A DNA stretch of 6,732 nucleotides, taken from contig CAYZRF010000044.1 of NCBI GenBank assembly GCA_964480775.1, positions 1 through 6,732 of the forward strand, in the 5' to 3' direction. This stretch comes from an uncultured Nitrososphaerota archaeon. GTDB taxonomy: Archaea > Korarchaeota > Korarchaeia > Korarchaeales > Korarchaeaceae. Positions 5,567 through 6,732 of the stretch are shown here, piece after piece; the stretch's first letter is position 1; every line of letters begins with the position of its first letter. A program made the position numbers and the translations under genes. Below the pieces are notes generated by a model. The model worked only from the letters and a program-made list of their open reading frames with translations. It was not told where the DNA came from and did not search any database.

Positions 5567-6732
5567 ATGTCTCTTGAAGAGTTAGCATCAAGATATGAAG
5601 ATCTAAGAGCTAAGTTAAGCGAGCAGTTCTACTTTCAGAAAGCCGGGCTTCCTTTTGACAAAGATCTAATGAAGTCTTTGTCAGACAAGATATCGAAGGT
5701 CTGTCTAGAGTTTCTGCAGAAGTACAAAGAGCCGAGGAGCATGTATCTAGAATCTGTTAGTACAATTGCCCAATCCGAGTCCCTAGAGGCAAGGTTAGAG
5801 TTTGAGGAGAAGAGAATGGCCATCATCTACACAGAGAAGTACCAATTAGATGGAAAGAAGGTCAATTGGGGTAATTGGAGACAATTCAACTCAAAAGTTG
5901 ATGATCCTTCCAAGAGAAAAGAGGTATTTGATGAGTTCCTGAAAAAAGCTCCGGCTCTTGCCCCTTGGGTTGAGAAGAGGTTCAGAATTTCAAAGGAGGT
6001 TTATGCAAGGTATGGTCTGACCCCGTTAGATGCATATCTAGAGTTAGAAGGTTTTGGATACGACGAACTCAGAGGATTGCTAATGAAACTTGGAGATGGA
6101 GCAAAAGATGCCTTTTTGACAGCTGCTGAGCACTACGCGCCTGAGGTTCTTGGGAAGAAAAAGTATGAGTATTACGATGATTACTACACTTGGAGAGGGC
6201 GCATATACAGGCCGTTGAACAAGTATTTCGAGGGAATGGACCCTGTAAAGAAGGTTTTGGAGCTATTAACTTCTATGGGGTTTGACCCTAGGAAGATCAA
6301 AGTTGACGATGAAGACAGGGAGAAGAAGAGTCCAAGCGCTTTTTGTTTCAGTATAAGGGTTCCTGATGACGTTAGAGTAGTTTTCAGAAGGGTATCTCCC
6401 TTTTCTGATTTCGGAAGCGTTTTTCATGAGTTCGGCCACGGCATACACGGGATAAGCGCCAACCTTGAGGATCCTGTTTGGAAGAGGTACATAGTACCTA
6501 TGAATGTGGCTGAGACCTTCAGCTATCTTACAGAAAGCATGCTTGAGGAACCTCTATTCCTACAGGAGGAACTAAACCTTGGTAAAGCGGAAATAAACGA
6601 CATCTTGGACAGGAGAAAGTTCATGAAGCTTGCTTTCTTGACTTTTTATGCAGCAAACGGAATCATGAAGATGGAGTTCTGGAGAAAGGAATATAATGCT
6701 GAGGAAGCTGCAAAGAGGTGGCAGGAACTTAC
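5567..6732 (+). CDS. M3-family zinc metallopeptidase (oligoendopeptidase-like), 3' end outside the window
   Basis: This ORF was hand-translated and is absent from the track because it has no stop in the window. An in-frame TAA lies at 5549..5551 and the first ATG is at 5567. The frame stays open for 388 codons to the window edge. The product begins MSLEELASRYEDLRAKLSEQFYFQKAGLPF.... Its zinc site is FHEFGHGIHG (His codon at 6425..6427, residue 287) followed by VAETFS. That Glu lies 25 residues after the second His, which is the M3 gluzincin spacing. Confidence 0.8.
   Translation, partial: MSLEELASRYEDLRAKLSEQFYFQKAGLPFDKDLMKSLSDKISKVCLEFLQKYKEPRSMYLESVSTIAQSESLEARLEFEEKRMAIIYTEKYQLDGKKVNWGNWRQFNSKVDDPSKRKEVFDEFLKKAPALAPWVEKRFRISKEVYARYGLTPLDAYLELEGFGYDELRGLLMKLGDGAKDAFLTAAEHYAPEVLGKKKYEYYDDYYTWRGRIYRPLNKYFEGMDPVKKVLELLTSMGFDPRKIKVDDEDREKKSPSAFCFSIRVPDDVRVVFRRVSPFSDFGSVFHEFGHGIHGISANLEDPVWKRYIVPMNVAETFSYLTESMLEEPLFLQEELNLGKAEINDILDRRKFMKLAFLTFYAANGIMKMEFWRKEYNAEEAAKRWQEL

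Noticed and set aside
5635-6448. Minus-strand ORFs 5635..5826 and 6266..6448
   Set aside because: Both lie antisense within the 388-codon open frame that encodes the HEFGH...E metallopeptidase.
1-6732. Scan for CRISPR repeats, IS or transposase ends, integrase, tRNA/rRNA and toxin-antitoxin-sized gene pairs
   Set aside because: I saw no regularly spaced repeats, no long terminal inverted repeats, no cloverleaf-compatible segments in the spacers, and no unassigned ORF pairs. This was inspection by eye only, so a covariance-model scan (tRNAscan/Infernal) would be the decisive check.

Overview
The window looks like an ordinary chromosomal neighbourhood from an archaeon, probably a thermophile. 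The lineage call is inference from TATA-like A/T boxes 25-35 nt upstream of starts, a GGAGGTGA Shine-Dalgarno, frequent AGA/AGG Arg and ATA Ile codons, a TRASH-domain gene and an archaeal-type MTHFS-like protein. I can support six protein genes. (1) 83..796 (+) is a 5-formyltetrahydrofolate cyclo-ligase family protein. (2) 1004..1639 (+) is a HAD-IA phosphatase. (3) 1659..4109 (-) is a P1B-1 Cu(I)-exporting ATPase, CopA. (4) 4143..4298 (-) is a 51-aa TRASH/YHS metallochaperone-like ORF just upstream of copA. It is absent from the supplied ORF track because it is short and starts on GTG. (5) 4402..5433 (-) is a long-form ThiF/MoeB E1-like adenylyltransferase. (6) 5567..>6732 (+) is an M3-family zinc metallopeptidase. 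It is also absent from the track because it runs off the window without a stop. All other track ORFs are antisense shadows of these genes. I found no rRNA, tRNA, CRISPR array, transposase, integrase or long repeat. I see no convincing evidence for a novel multi-gene system. The points worth a second look are modest. They are the hidden TRASH gene and its in-frame position relative to copA, a second CopA HMA domain with D-x-x-D in place of C-x-x-C, and an orphan E1-like enzyme with a degenerate zinc motif. Short repeats and palindromes in three intergenic spacers are also worth checking.
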